Positions 24,831 to 39,539 of a DNA stretch of 64,000 nt are shown here, piece by piece. The notes under the pieces are model-generated. The model made no database searches. It saw only the letters and a list, made by a program, of their open reading frames with translations, and was not told where the DNA came from. The DNA comes from Lama guanicoe. Taxonomy: Eukaryota. A program made the position numbers and the translations under genes. The stretch is from the NCBI GenBank assembly GCA_013239625.1, contig MU053881.1:6347957-6411956 (forward strand), in the 5' to 3' direction. How positions within the stretch are numbered: position 1 is the stretch's first letter; each line of letters begins with the position of its first letter.

Positions 24831-27800
24831 TTTGATCTCAGAAAGATTAAGTTAGAATGCTACATCTTTCACTACTAAAATCTTGGTTCTCATTCATCTC
24901 TGATTCAAAGACAATTAGAATTAGCTTGCTAGGTGGAAGTGATTAAGAAGTATATTGTTTTTGATATCTATAATGAATTATTAGTATAAATGTCTCTGTG
25001 AATATGAATGGAGTTCTTTCTATCTCTTTTAAGGGCATTTCTTTATGCCCTTACTAGTAAGGTCTTGTAAAATAATAATCAAGTCTCCTATGCTATATAT
25101 CTTCCAGTGCCAAATTAACGACATCTTAAGATAAACTGAGTCACTCATTTTATCTTGTCTTGAATGGAAAGCTGTTCATTCTTTTCATAGTTATAATGAT
25201 GTCAATCATTACATTGGATATTGAAGGTTTTTTTCCTCTATTTATACATAAACTGCCATTCTTTTGATCTAAATTTGTGTTAAACCTTTATCTTCATGCA
25301 AACTAGAAATAATGTTTTCTCTTGCAGAAGAGGAGAGAACATCATAAGCATTACAAAACTGTTCAAATTGTTTGTTAAGTTATACATTATAATTAGTTTG
25401 GCAGAGCTAATACAAATCACATTTACAGACTAACAATAATAAAATTGAAGTACCAGTTAAATATCCAAAATAATTAAAGGAATCATTTTTAGCCTGGCAT
25501 AATTAGCTAATTCACTTTACAAGCATTTATTAAAATGAATTCACATGTTATTATTCCATAGGTAGTTACACAATAGTGTTTATACAGGAAAAAATAATGA
25601 ACCAAACTCTTTGTATCCAGCCCGCCACAATTAAAACGAAGACTCCCCAAGTAATATCAATCTAGGATAGACTAATTAAGTTTGGTTTGATAACCATTCA
25701 TTTCTTCTATTGCCTCTGAGCAAATTGTTTATTAGAGAAAGTTATTTTACACAAATCAAATCAAACTGGATAAACCATTATATTTGAGGGAAACTTTAGC
25801 CATCAGTCAATTAATCCATCATTTTCTCCAGACACTATTGTTTAACGAGCAGATCATATTATCAACAATTTAGGTATCATATGATTCAATTATAACAGTA
25901 AATTTATTGACAGTTTCTCTAATACTTTTATTATGAGTAAATTTGGATTTCTCCCTACCTTTGTGAGCAAAGCAAAATCAATTTGGGTATTAGAGTCAAA
26001 TATTAAATACACAATTCTCTACAAATTTTATAATGGTTTGGAAATACATTACTATTGCAAGGAAAAATAAGCCTTAATGAATTAAAATTGCTAGTAAAGT
26101 AAAATAAAATATCAATGTAAAAAGTAATTACTAAAATATCTTTAATATGCTAAAATATATCCATATGACCTTAAAGTTATATTAAAAATACATTTTTTAA
26201 GAATGGACTTGGGAAAATGCTAATTTGTGCTCATAAACAATTAGGAAAAATTTGTCACTCTAATCTTGATGTTCAAGCCATATGCCAATTGAATTTATAT
26301 GAGCTATTAAAGTCACAGTTTGGCTCATTAGATTTTTAGGAATACAGATTTCACAGGAGGCATTAAAGTGAAAGTGTCATATTACTAACATTTATAGAAA
26401 GCATGAGAAAAAATAATATCTTTTTACACCTGCTTGGAAGATCATATTTAAGATCATAATAGAGCAATAGGATTGATTTCTAATTCTTAGTAGAAAATAT
26501 GTAAGTGCATAATTTACTAGTTTACTTAAATTAGATGAAGTCACAAACAGGAACTTTTTTTTAATCTAAGGATTTTGAAATAGATCCCTTCTATACATAC
26601 TTGTCTCTTTTTAATTTTGGCTCTTAAAGTCCAAAACAATTTATTAACACTTTGTTAACAGATTGTCTCTAATCATTTTATGTTGGATAACTCACCAATC
26701 TGAGTTTAGGTCCCTCAGAGTTATGGATTATGGCTAAGATTTATTATAAGACTAAGATATGTATCTCTCATATAAGGGAAGTCCTAGACTCTACTGAATG
26801 ACAGGATGGTAGGTGTTTGGAAGGAGCTTCTGATTTGACCTAACCTAATTCTCTCTCATTACAGCATATAAAGAAATTGCAAGCAGTAGTGTCCGAGTCC
26901 ATACGACATACTTAATTATTTGCACTAACTAGACAAACATGTTGACTAACAATAGCTAACAATAACTATTGCATATGTATACGCAATATACAGATTCTTG
27001 TTGAACAGTAAGTACAGTTGCTGCTGGCTAGCCTAGATGATCTAACAGTGACACCAAGGTAGAGCTGTTCAACAGCCAAAGGAATAGCATGTGGCCTATG
27101 AATTGCAAATTCCTACGTATGTCAACAGTTCTCAAAATGCACCCCTTAGAGGCTTAGAATGTCAGAGGGACACTTCAAGGTCACCACAGAGAGTAAGACT
27201 GAGTCCTGGAGCATCTGTCTCCCTGCAATCCCTGCATCTTCATTTCAGTCAGAGCCATTTGTTTCTGTGTAAGATTTCATCTAAGAAACAGCTGATTATT
27301 AAACTAATTTGAAAACAATATCTTACACTATGTATATTCCTGGAGTCTTCAGAATAAAATGTTTTCAGTAAGAAAAGAGAGATTTTAGGTTTTTAAAGAA
27401 TACTTCATTTCACATATTTGCCTCAAAAAGACTTATTTATTACAAAGTAATTACAGGAACATCTGCAGAACAACACTTTAGTCGTTCATTTGACAGAGGT
27501 TGGTATTTGCATGGTACAAACTAATGCTAAGTATAGGAAAGCAGTCTCCAGTCAATATGTAACATCAGCTCTATCTCTTGTCTAAAGTCATTCCATATTC
27601 AGCCACCTTTGTGATCATTAAGTCTTTTTTTATATTTAAAATACTACAGAAAAGATTGCCTGTAACTAATTCCCCAAACATCTTAATATATACTCCCTTT
27701 AGACAAATCACAAATTTAAGAGTAGGGGTCTTTCTGTGATTTTAGTTTCCCTGACAAAAAGATGATGCCTCTCTCTAGAGTGGGTTATTACAATCATTAA

Positions 27801-30199
27801 ATGGTTCTTAGAAAACATTTTGCTCTCAGTAATTTTACATGTTTTTGATTTATAGTTATAATTAAGAAAAGCAATGGAAAAAAGATACCAGTTAGAACCT
27901 TTTAATCCAAAGATGATTCTCATGTAAGTACTACTCTAGTAAAATCATGCTTGATGTTCCTGCTCATCCTCAAGCTATTAGCAAAGGGAGAACTCCTCTT
28001 TGATCCAAACAACTCACCAGCATTAGTTACTCATCTCTTTCATCCCAGATACTTCAATAATACTGAAACAACAAATGTATTTAAGTATAACACCTGCCTA
28101 TGATGATGTACGTCAAAAATGATTTCAATTGGGATATACAGGACTTCAATAAATAAAAATATATTCCCATATTTTATCACTAGTTAGATTGTGAAGGGGG
28201 GACAGTAGTTTGACTTCTTCATTTGTTTCAAGAGATGCTGCTTTGTACCAGTGATGATTAAAAAAAAAAAAGCAGAAATCACAACACATAAATGAAGCAA
28301 ATGGGTGACATCAATTACTGAAATGGTTCACTGCTTAATAAACAGTACATAATATATAATCCCGAATCTTTACAGTAGCTTTCTAGGGGATAGCTTGAAT
28401 GTCTTTAAATATTGAATATTTTCTACTATTTCATACTACTGTAGGAAGACCTGAGGAATGACAGGATGGAGTCAACTGCTCAGTGTCATCTAGTGAGAGA
28501 ATTAAGATTTCAATCTAGTTAGCCAGCTCCCTAAGACTGAGGATTTATTACAAGATCATATTGCCACTTGCAATGAATGCATGAAAATTACTGAACACCT
28601 ACAACAGGGCTGAAAATTGTGTGACAAATCTGTGTCCACATTCACACTTTAGGCTCTTCCTAGGTTCCTCTGGTATTATTAGGTATAGGTCTCCTGACTT
28701 TAAAAAATAATATACTAAGGGTCAGAGGAGGGACAAAGTTATTTATTTTCTATGTTTTGCCTACAAATAATTTCAGATTTACAGAATAACTGCAAAAACA
28801 GTTACAAAGAATTTGTATATATTCTTCACTCACAACCCCTATTTGGTCACAAAGCTTTTAAGAGATGTGGCTAGAACCTAAAACATAGCTTTCTAATTTC
28901 AAGTGATATGATTCTTTCAACTACACAATCATTTCAACTACACATGAGCCAAGGGAGGTTTAAGAAATTATAAGACCCTATGAAAGGTCATTGCAAAATG
29001 ACCAGTGCAAATGGTCTAGGCAAAATGATAGGCATTTTGCATAGACTATGCTAATTAATGATAATCATACACGAGAATCCAAAACTATATACAGTGATTT
29101 TTAATTCTAAAGAGACTTTTACAAGAACCACCGCAAAGAAGCCAAAGTACTGCAGCATAGTTTCCTCATCTATAATTTCCTATACTTTTGGATTTTTATA
29201 TGGATTAAAGTGAAAACAGAAGTACCTAGCACAATGCCTGGGACACAGCAGACACTGAATAAATTGGTAGCTGCGGTCATGTAATAAATTTTCTGCTTCA
29301 GTATGTTCTGTCATCCAGGCTCTTGTAATATAAAGAATGTCAGAGCTGTAATCATTGCTTTCCTATTGTAGGAAGTGCATTATACAGACAGAAAGAGCTA
29401 GATGTTACTAGGCTTGCTAAGATGCCAACTACTAACACTAATTTGTACATGTTGTTCAGGTTGGGGAGAAAACATTACCAATTCTCTGCCACAACAAAAT
29501 GCCACTTTGCATTTGGAAGAGCAATAGCTAGGAGTAGTGTTATAAGGCTAACGTTTTATTATGAGAATTTTCAACATACAGAAAAGTTGAAAGAACTGTA
29601 CCCTAAACAGCCGTACACCTGTATTCTAGATTTTATAATTAAAGTTTTGCTACAGTTTGCATTATTATATACCTTGCCATCCTTCTATCCATCCATTTAA
29701 TCCATCAGCTAGAAGGGGTTTCTAAGTCCTTAGATTCACCTAAGTTTTTAGTAATTACATATGTAAGGTCCCTACCAAATGGGCTCAAGAATCCCAAATC
29801 TGATCAGCACCAAGATTTCAAGTTTCATGGAGAGACAATGCAAAGTGAATAGCCAGACATTACTACTCTTTTAACTAGAGCTCTGGCCATAAATCTCTGT
29901 TAAGTATCATAATAAAGTAGGCTAGACCACATGTGAGCTACAAAGTCTATTTAGGCCTAAGGCTCCTTTTAGCCAGACTTACTCCCTAAATTTGACAATA
30001 AGATCCTACTGCTCAATAGTGACATATGGCTGGGAAAACAGAAGTCCTGGAAAACCCGCATTCTAGAATTGGGAGAATGAGAACTAAGAAGGCTCAAAAA
30101 CAATGCTCTACATTTCCTCTTAATTCTAAAATACTGGTTTCAGAGCACTGGTTGATAGCCTTTATATAGATTAGCTGGGCTGATATTGGTAGGCGTAAG

Positions 30200-30902
30200 T
30201 GTCGTGGTTTTTAAATATATCCATAAATTATTTGTTATCCCTCCTTTCACGAAGTAGAACTTACTCCATTCCTCTGGAGTGTGGGCTAAACTTAGTGACT
30301 CACTTCTAACCAACAGAATATGGCAGAAGTGGAAGTGTCATGCCCAAGAGCAGGTCATAAAAAGTATAGGAGCTTCTTCCCTACTCTCTCCCTGGGTTCA
30401 CTCACTACGGGGATGTTAGCAGCCATGCCATAAGGACAATCAAGCAGCCCTTTGGAGACCTTCACGTGGTCAGGAAGTGAGGCCTCCTACCAACAACCAA
30501 GTGAGCAAGCCATTCTGCAAGCCAGTTCTCTAACCCCATTGAAGCTTTCAGAGACTATAGCCCTGACTGAATCTCATGAGAGACCCTCAGCCAGAACCAC
30601 TCAGCTAAGCTGCTCACAAATTCCTGCCCCTCAGGAATTGTGTGAAATAAAATATGCTTGTTCCTAAGTTTTGGAGAACAGTTGACCCTTGAACAACACA
30701 GGGGTTAATCCGAATATAACTTACAGTTGGCCTTCTGTATCCATGGTTCCTCTGCATCCGCAGATTTAACCAACTAATGACTGTGTAGTACAGCAGCATT
30801 TACTACTGAAAAATATCTGTGTATAAGTGGGCCACGCAATTCAAACCCATGTTGTTCAAGGGTCAACTGTTATCTGTTACACAGCAATACATAACTGATG
30901 CA
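30200..30902 (+). mobile_element. MLT1E/F-like solo LTR interrupted by a Tigger MITE
   Basis: gtgtgggctaaacttagtgactcacttctaaccaacagaatatggcagaagt. The 3' end tgttacacagcaatacataactgatgca follows the MITE. Confidence 0.85.
30679..30869. mobile_element. Tigger2-type non-autonomous TcMar element (MER8/MER28/Tigger2a-like)
   Basis: Perfect 20-bp terminal inverted repeats CAGTTGACCCTTGAACAACA ... TGTTGTTCAAGGGTCAACTG. Confidence 0.92.
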
Positions 30903-33900
30903 GATACAGCCAGAAAGAAATTCTTCAAAAGCATCCTCTTCTCTGTGTCAAGACTTAACTTACACATTTTTAGCTGCTTCTCTCTCTTGGAACCTCAGAC
31001 TTCTCTTAGGATCTTCTTTTTACCCCAGTTTTCCCATGTTTGGTTCCTCTTTTCCTCACCTTCTGCCTTAGGAGAACCTAACATTTTTCAATTCAAGGAC
31101 CCCTTTTATAGGGTTAAAGATCCCCAAACTCCACATCTCATCTATTTTAATTTGTCAATAACCCAAATAAATAAAATAGCAAGACTTCACAAGCTTTAAT
31201 GGAGCTCTGGACTGCTTTGGAAGGGCCATTAAATAATGTTTGTTTTTACTGAGTGCTAGAAATAAACTGAAAACCTATCTATACCAGCAGTGAAAGTACA
31301 AACACTTCACAATTATAAACTCTAAAAATACATAGGCTCACACTCTGAGAATTTCTAATATAACTAAGCAAAAATAAAAATCTAGATCCTCACAGAAGAT
31401 ATACATGATACAGTGAGTATGTTACAAGTATCTTTAAACAGTTGATAAGTAGGTCATATCCAATATATTAAGTAAGATATTAGAAGCATCACTTGAGTTT
31501 GAACTAACTCTAATCAAACAAAAAAATCTTTAATCATATTACATTAATTATAAGTCTTAAAAATTACTAAAGCATTATTTTTAATTTCTCATGATCTGTC
31601 CCTTATTTGTGGAGCCACAGTGGCCTTGCTGTTTTGCAAACACACTAAACATGCTTCTGTCTCAGAAGTGATACATTCACTGTTTCAGGCCATTTTTTCC
31701 ACAGATACCCTTATGGCTTGTTCTGTACTTTATTCAGATTTTTACTAAGAGGTCACTTTATTATAAAGGCCTTCTATAAATACCCTAGGTAAAACAACCC
31801 CACGCAGCACCCCCCTATCCTCCATGTATCACTTTATTTTTCTCCTTAGGACTTTGATTTTTTTATTGTTTATTATTATTTTTGTAATTTATTACTATCT
31901 CTCCAACCAGACTATTAAAAACAACAAAATCAATTCATTTTATTCACGTTCTCCCTTGTTCCCCGAAAGATTCTGAAGCAGGTAACAAATTTAATACAAC
32001 TTCAAATCCTGCTTGAAATTATATTAAGTATACAGTGAGTCACAAATAAATGATTTTAAATACATCTTTCTAACCTCTCTAAATTTTGCCTCTCTCTATT
32101 ACTCCCGGCATATTGCTTTTGTATTGCTTCCTCTCTTTGTTTTTAACATGGAAAGTGCTCCTAAGAAATGATGAAATGAAGAGAAAGTCATAAAAAGATT
32201 TATATAGTTCAAAATGACTGGGTAATCTGGCAAGCATGGAATGAAGTCAGTTAGAAGATTTTATAGTTTTAAGAATGTACTAGTTAGGTGAGGCATAGTT
32301 TAGGTCTATGTCCCCTCAGTCAATTCTGAATTCTCATTTCATGCAGCACCTCTCATCGCAGTTAAGACATACTTTGACAAGTATTCAAGCTTAATTACCA
32401 CAGCAACTACTGTATGTGTTGTAAGTAAAAACTATGATTTACAAAGAGGGTGGTATCTACATCATAATAAGGCATAAGAATAATGCCTAAGTGGCCTGTG
32501 AGTTTATTATAACTTAAGAACAGAATTACCTCTCTTGGAAGATTATGTTGTCACTTTTAACTTAGCAAAGTTATTGCTTTAGCTAAGAATTTATATGTAT
32601 AGTGATTTATAATCATGAATACAGTTTATGCCAGATTCTGTTTTTGTTTTATATTGTTAATTTGCTATTAAATCAGAAAGCCACTCTGCATTGAACAGAA
32701 CTTTCAATTCGAGCAGTGATCTTAGCTCAAAAGTCAGTGCACTGGGCTTTTTACTGTTCTAAATAATGCTCTCAATGTTATAACTCATAAACAAGACTCA
32801 ACAGAGAGAGGATGAACATATGCACAATTTAACTAACAAGTTTTAGTATCATGGGATTTTTTTCTTTAATATAGAGGCAATATATTTCTTCCACTTCCCT
32901 CTCTGAGACACCAAAAGTCTTTTACAATCAGGCCCCAGGCAATTGTACCATATTTTACCTCTCTTCATTGCTTAGAATATTGTTGCATTCATACATTTAT
33001 TATTTCAACTGAAGAGCCAGAAGACTACTGACCTATTCACACTGTTAATAGAATATATAGAGTACTGAAAAATAGTCTGAAGTTTTAAGGGTATTACCCA
33101 CCCACAAAAATGTCAGGCTTAGCAGTAGTAAAATCTCTAACCTCTCAAGTGGCAAAATGCAGATTCCAAGCCCAGCCCTGAGCATTCAAAGGACATTAGA
33201 CTACAGACTTCAAAAAGATACATTTGGAAAAAAAAAATTAGAGGCTATTATTCATGTAATACATAAACAGTAACGTGAGCATAACAAATATATTTGACCT
33301 CTAAAGTAATAAAAACAAATGTAAAAAGAGTCTCCAGTTTTCTATTATGGCTAAGTTTATTTTCCTCATAAGTTTCACTCATTTATTCTACAATAATCTC
33401 TCATTACTGTAGCACAATAATGCATAGTCTATACCCACCTATAGTTGTCTTGTGTCTATTTAGTTTTATAGCAAGCAAGCAATTTGAGAATATGGTAATA
33501 AAGCCTCAATCACAGTAATGATGTATGATGGGCTGTAATTTCTCTGTGCTAATGGGTTACAAACAATATTACAGTGATGACGGGAATCTCATTGATTCAT
33601 TATATGACTGCAATAATATCAAAATGACTTAATATAGATCACTATTAAGTCATGCAGATGCTACTAACAACCTCTATATTTTACTATATAGATATATACG
33701 GAAATAAAATTAATACCAGTCTTTCTAGATAAAAGTTCACACAGCACAAAACATTTTGTGTTGAGTACCCTAAATCAATGTTTAAAGTTGAAATTACTGC
33801 ATTGAACTGGTTCTTTGAAAAGAAAACCATTGATTTTAATCTGCTTGAAGCAATCAATTACTCCCTGTCCTCTTTATTCCAAACTGTAATGAAAACTAAA

Positions 33901-36900
33901 CTGCGTTGTCTTGAAAACTAAATGTGAAGATGATCATAAACAGAATTTAAACTCCATGGATTATTCATATCTACCCATTTAGATTTGCCATTTCCATTAT
34001 GAGTACATTTGCCACGAGCATTTAATGGACATCTAAAAGGGAATTCATTAAAGCAGGAGCTGTTGGCAGCACTTATGGGCTTCAGACTGCTTTATGCTTG
34101 CCTTTAATAGCTCACTATTATAAAAGTGATATATTGTGTTCATCCCATTAGTAGTTTGCAGAAAGGTCTGCAAGAGATAACAAACCCTTCTGAATATTTT
34201 CAGAACTGAAAATAAATCATAGTTTGTTTGTTTGAAGTATCATATTCTAACAATATACAATTTGAGAGTCTACTAAATTTAGTTGTTTCAAGCCAAATAA
34301 GATTTTAGGAACCACAGATACATTTTTACGAAGCAGGAACCACCATTTTGAAATATCCCGTGGTTATTAATACTAGACATTAGTAGCCATCAGGCAATCC
34401 AGTCAATTATTTGAAGGTACAGTTGGAATAAGAATACAATATGTATTTCTATGAGTTAATGGCAAGACAGCAAAAGAAAAGCTAGGTAGAATATGCTCAT
34501 ACAAACGCATGCTGACATTCTTCAGGAGGCATGCAAGGACTGTTTCTGGCATCTTAGATGCATTAGAAGAGCTTCTTAGAAGAATGTCATTCTTTTTGGT
34601 TTTGTTTTGTTTTTAGTTTTGGTTTTGTTTTTTGGTCCTACAGAGGACACAGAAAGTGTAAACAAAGAAACACAAAACATGATTTTAATGTTAAAGCTTA
34701 TTTGAGTAATGCAATGAAATTTTAACTGGGAAGGGAGAATACAGAAAGGAACCCCCAATTTCAGTATGTAACCTCTATAATGCTTAGGTCTAAGCTATGC
34801 TTTACTGCAAATTTAACAAATCTTACTTAAAACATAACTCAAACCTTATGGTGGGTCAGTAGCATGCCTTTGTCTTAGAAAGGGCAGGTCTATCTTATCA
34901 ATGCTTATAAGAGTCGAAAAGTCACATATATGGTTTTGGAATTAATCAATCACTCATTTTTCATAGCACATTTGCCTTTCTAATTTTGTTTTGTTTATAG
35001 TAAGGGAAATTATCTAGCATGTCCCTTATCACACATACCAGGTGTCTCTGAATTATGTTAACTGGTGTAGAATGAAAATGTTACTACAGGTAATCTAAGT
35101 CTATATATTTAAAGCCTTTAAATCTCTATGAAGATAATTAACAGCTGATCCCATTATAATATTTTTAAGGACTAAAAGCTAATCTTTTAAGTTTCTAAAT
35201 TTCAGTTCATTTGCTTACTGAAACAGATGTTGCAATGATTTCACTGCTATAAATATGGAAATGTCTAAATGTCGCATATGCATGTATCAAAAAATCACTG
35301 GTTACATAAGTAAAAGAGTTTGAGAAAAATAAATATAGGAGATTATTTTTAAACTCATACTCTTTAGATATACATGTACTTCCAAGGCAGTCAAATGCTC
35401 AAGTTTCATTCACTCAAAATTTCCTCAAAATTACAGTTTGTTAGTTTCCTCAAAATTACAGTCCCTCCTCAAGGTAGTTGACTACTCCAGCCCAAGAGCA
35501 GCATGGGAAACCTGTGCTAATTTCTAAGCCTTTGAAACATAGCCATTGAATTCACTACAATGTAGTTCCTAATATTTAATAAACACTTTAATGTGTATGA
35601 CACTCCTGGTTAAGTAATGTAATTCAGATTTCTAAATATTTACGTTACTCTATAGATTTATATGATTGGGTTCACACACTCATACAGTGCACATGCAGAA
35701 ACCTAACCATAATAAAACAGTTATGACCTAGGGGGAAACAACCTTCTATTATAATCTGAAGTAGTGTTAAATAAATACCTTTCCTGTTCAAGAGAGATTT
35801 TCACAGATTTATTCTTTAATAACCAACAAATATTTTCAGTTCCTCTGCACATGTTACACTAAACATAAGGGGAATAAAAAGCGGGATGTATCCAACAAAT
35901 TCTGTGTCTAAATCCATACTAATTTAATTGTACTGATATAGAATCAAGTAAACAACTGTTTTACTTAGGCTCCAGTGGTAAAGTATCAGGTGGTTCTGAA
36001 TAAGTATTTGAAAGAGTTGCCTTCCCAGCCAAAGAAATGTTCTCTTGCTCAAAACCAGTACTGACATTTCTGAGTAATAAACACACAAAAAATGCATCTC
36101 AAAAAGCCAATTCTGAAGGGTAATACAACCATTTATTTAGCTTCATGACTGGCAAAATTTCAGAGAGGAAAACAATCTCTTCTTCCCAGTAACTAGGGGT
36201 CATTCTTTACTGTAGCAAACTCATTGAAGCATACTAACTTATGAGTCATCTGGAGAATTAGCCAATGGAAGGAACTAAAAGCCCAATTTATTTCTATCTA
36301 TGTGTTGGCGAAAGGCAGAGACAAGGTATATCAGAGTACAACTACTTTTCTTTTCCTCACAATTAAATGCATACAGTGTCATTATCAAGATGAAACAAAT
36401 TAAGGTTTTATAAGATTGACAACTAATTTATTATGGCATACGAAGGGTTACGTGTTAAACAAATTACGTATAATCTACAAGTGCATTTTGAAGGATAGAT
36501 TATCAATGTCAGAATACAAGGCAGATTCTTCCCAATTAAAAAAAGCTTTTGAAAAATAAGCTGTCTTGAAAATAGCCTCATAACCACAGAACTAATTCAC
36601 CTTCCAACTTAAAAGACAGTATCAAGGTGCAAAGCCAGACTTCAATTGGCTAAGATCATTTGCCTACGGAGCAATCATAAATTTTTTCTTCTCATTAACT
36701 AGCATATGGGAGTTGGATACAGAACAGGGAAATTCTTGTTTCTATCCTTAAACATTCTGACATAAATGAAAGAATCCACAGCAAAACAACAGACTTTCAT
36801 GATGACCATGCATGTAAATGTTCCTACTAATATTATGAATTTGTCTCTGGTTTCAAGATATCTACAGTTAAAAGCTATTAAAATCACAAGGGTACAAGAT

Positions 36901-37292
36901 TATAAATGCTAGATTGATTTTAAGTTGCTCTAAACTCCTACAAGTTCAACAGAAATGGAGACAAGGATTAGCACTAAAATTGCAGCTAGAAATAGCTATC
37001 TGTTCCAATGTCTTTCTCGCCATACACACATACTCCTTTAAAGATTTCTGAAATTTAAAATAAGTATTTTGAAATGATTACATTATTCAACAAAGATAAT
37101 TTTTAAATGATGTGATTAATCATTAATAGTTCAAGTGGGTCCTAGAATTAATGGATAGATGATTGTATCTCTCTGGGGACTAGGAAGCTTTAAAAAACTA
37201 AGGCTAACTGATGCTATGTGAGATCATGCCTGAGTGTGACTTACCTGACCAGAAAAGAAATTGGCTTAACAAATAGACTGACTTGCCCTCAC

Positions 37293-37411
37293 CTGGACCC
37301 TTAGAGTGTGATCCCTGGTTCAGATGATGATGGATCAAATCGTTCTCAAGGAGGAAGAAACCCGAGTTGGATAGGTTTGCCACAAGCCCTTCACAGGAAG
37401 ATGTCAGTCTC
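37293..37411 (-). other. Candidate internal exon (119 nt; 167 nt using the distal donor at 37245) of an unidentified minus-strand gene
   Basis: Long polypyrimidine tract ending ...gtcttgcacag|GAGACT, with donors CAG|GTGAGG (37293) and CAG|GTAAGT (37245). The sequence is unique and GC-richer than its flanks. Confidence 0.7.
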
Positions 37412-39539
37412 CTGTGCAAGACAAAAAAGAAAAGAAAAAAAGGTACAGTGGCAGTGGATGAATTCTCCTTTCTTAGGAGAGGAGAAAAAGTCAGGTATGC
37501 ATATTCTCCATTTAACTACCCCTTTTCTGTACACAAGGCAAAGAAAGTCTCTACAAAAGTTGGGAGAGACAAAGGTATCAAAAGTCTAAATCATTTTGGA
37601 ATGGAAATTATAATAAAAGATGCTAATTACAACTGCTCATTTTCATGGCCTTTTTGAATTTGATTTTGGGAAGATCAATGACCAAAAGTTTGCTTTCATG
37701 GGCAAAGTATCAGCACTAGAATATTTCTAAAAATGCTTAAGAGTGGATATGGAAGATGTCAACAATCCAGCGTCAACCCAAATGACTAAATTATTTTCAG
37801 ATATTATAGCTATTCTAATGGTGATTTAAAAGAATGTATCTTTCCAGAGTTCAAATTATCTGGCATTCCAAAGACCAGCATGTGATGTCTCTAACATGTT
37901 CCAATCAGATTTTCCATAGGTATAAAATATTCTTATTGAAAATTTCAAAGAAGAATTCCAAAAATGTTGTTTTGTCCTCCAAAATTGATGACTTACTTCT
38001 TTTAATTTAAGAATCTATATTCAAAAATGTCATATAAGTCTTTTTTATAGATCTGCAAAGTTACATTTTAGAGAATTAGTAAACTCCAGGATTTTACAGA
38101 TTCTATTTTGCCTTCCTAAACACCATTATGTGTTTGTGTATGTTTACATAAAAATTTTATTTAGTCTTTTTTTTTTTTTGCAATGCCATGTATGTCTAAT
38201 ATTAACTAAACTGTTTTCCTTCATGGATAAGTCTAGAATTTCAGTGTTCTGTATGTATGGGTATCATTTAGTTTTTATTCTAAAAACAAAAATCATTAAG
38301 CAAAAACTTCCATTTTATGTGAATGAGATGATATGGCGGGATGATACAGAAGCTAATAAATGCTACCTTAATAAAGTACTCAGAATAAAACTGGTTGTAA
38401 AAGTTCAACAGCTACTGTAAAAATCTAATAGGCTAAGTAATTAATAGCTGATAAATTTATATGAACGTTCTCACCTCCCATCCTGCAAGATAAACACGAA
38501 CAACTAGATCTAGTAATCTGTACAGTTCAAAAGGCAAACAATAAAGTTGATCCCTATACTGAAGATTATTACATCAGGGTACAAAATTTAGTACTTAAAC
38601 TTAACTGTGAAAGAAAATTACTACGAAGCAAGGCTTGATGACAAAAATATTATTATCAACTATAATATGATGCTACTGGAGTTAGTTCAAATGCTTTACA
38701 GACTCATTCTGCATGTACAAGTAGATCAGTTTTTTATGAAGGGAACTGTTTACAACATAGAAGATTCCAGAAGAGAGCTACAATACTCTCTGCAAAGGTC
38801 ACAAATAGAAGAGCCAAAGTGTTTAGATTTACCAGATCATCCTGGGTAATTCCCTTTACGAGCATTATAAGGAGATAAGATGCTATATGGCCAAAATGAG
38901 GTCGCCAATGCTAAAAGAAAAGGCAAAAATGAATTCTTCATGACACTTATTTATCATAGAAATACCAGAATCTTTAATAAGACTCCTAAACCATGCAGTA
39001 ATAAAAGAATGAAGCTAAGAACAGTTGCTCAAAGCAGTGCCTTGCCCTATGTGATAAACTCACTTAAGAAACAGACTCTTAAAAATCCATTCAAATTTTA
39101 CTACATGTTCTAAGGTAGAGAAGATGTGAAACATTCTATTACTTAATTCAAATACGTAAGTAGTTTTTCAACTTAGGACCAAAACTATAATGAAAACTAG
39201 AAAAAAACGGAATGTCAAATGGAGTAAGTTCATTTGTAACCTGGGTGTAATTTTTGCATAACTCTAGGACATGTCTTCAAAGATCCAAAGCAAATTACTA
39301 AATTTTAGTATTCAGTATTGTATAGATATTTGCTAATCTAAGAATTATATGTATTTTAACAATCATTTTGTGAATATTAACTGTTAATAAATATGTGATC
39401 TAGTATGTACAGACACTAACTTTAATCCCTTTGGTTAAATGGAGCGTAAAAGGGAAAAATTAGTCGGAGGCTCGTGGTAAAGTTAGAAATTGCAGGGGTT
39501 TTACTGGTAATAATCTGGTTAAGAGGCTGCAACACAAAG

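Noticed and set aside
36241..36249. AP-1 motif ATGAGTCAT and other scattered TGAGTCA sites
   Set aside because: A 7-mer is expected several times by chance in 64 kb, and the sites are not clustered.
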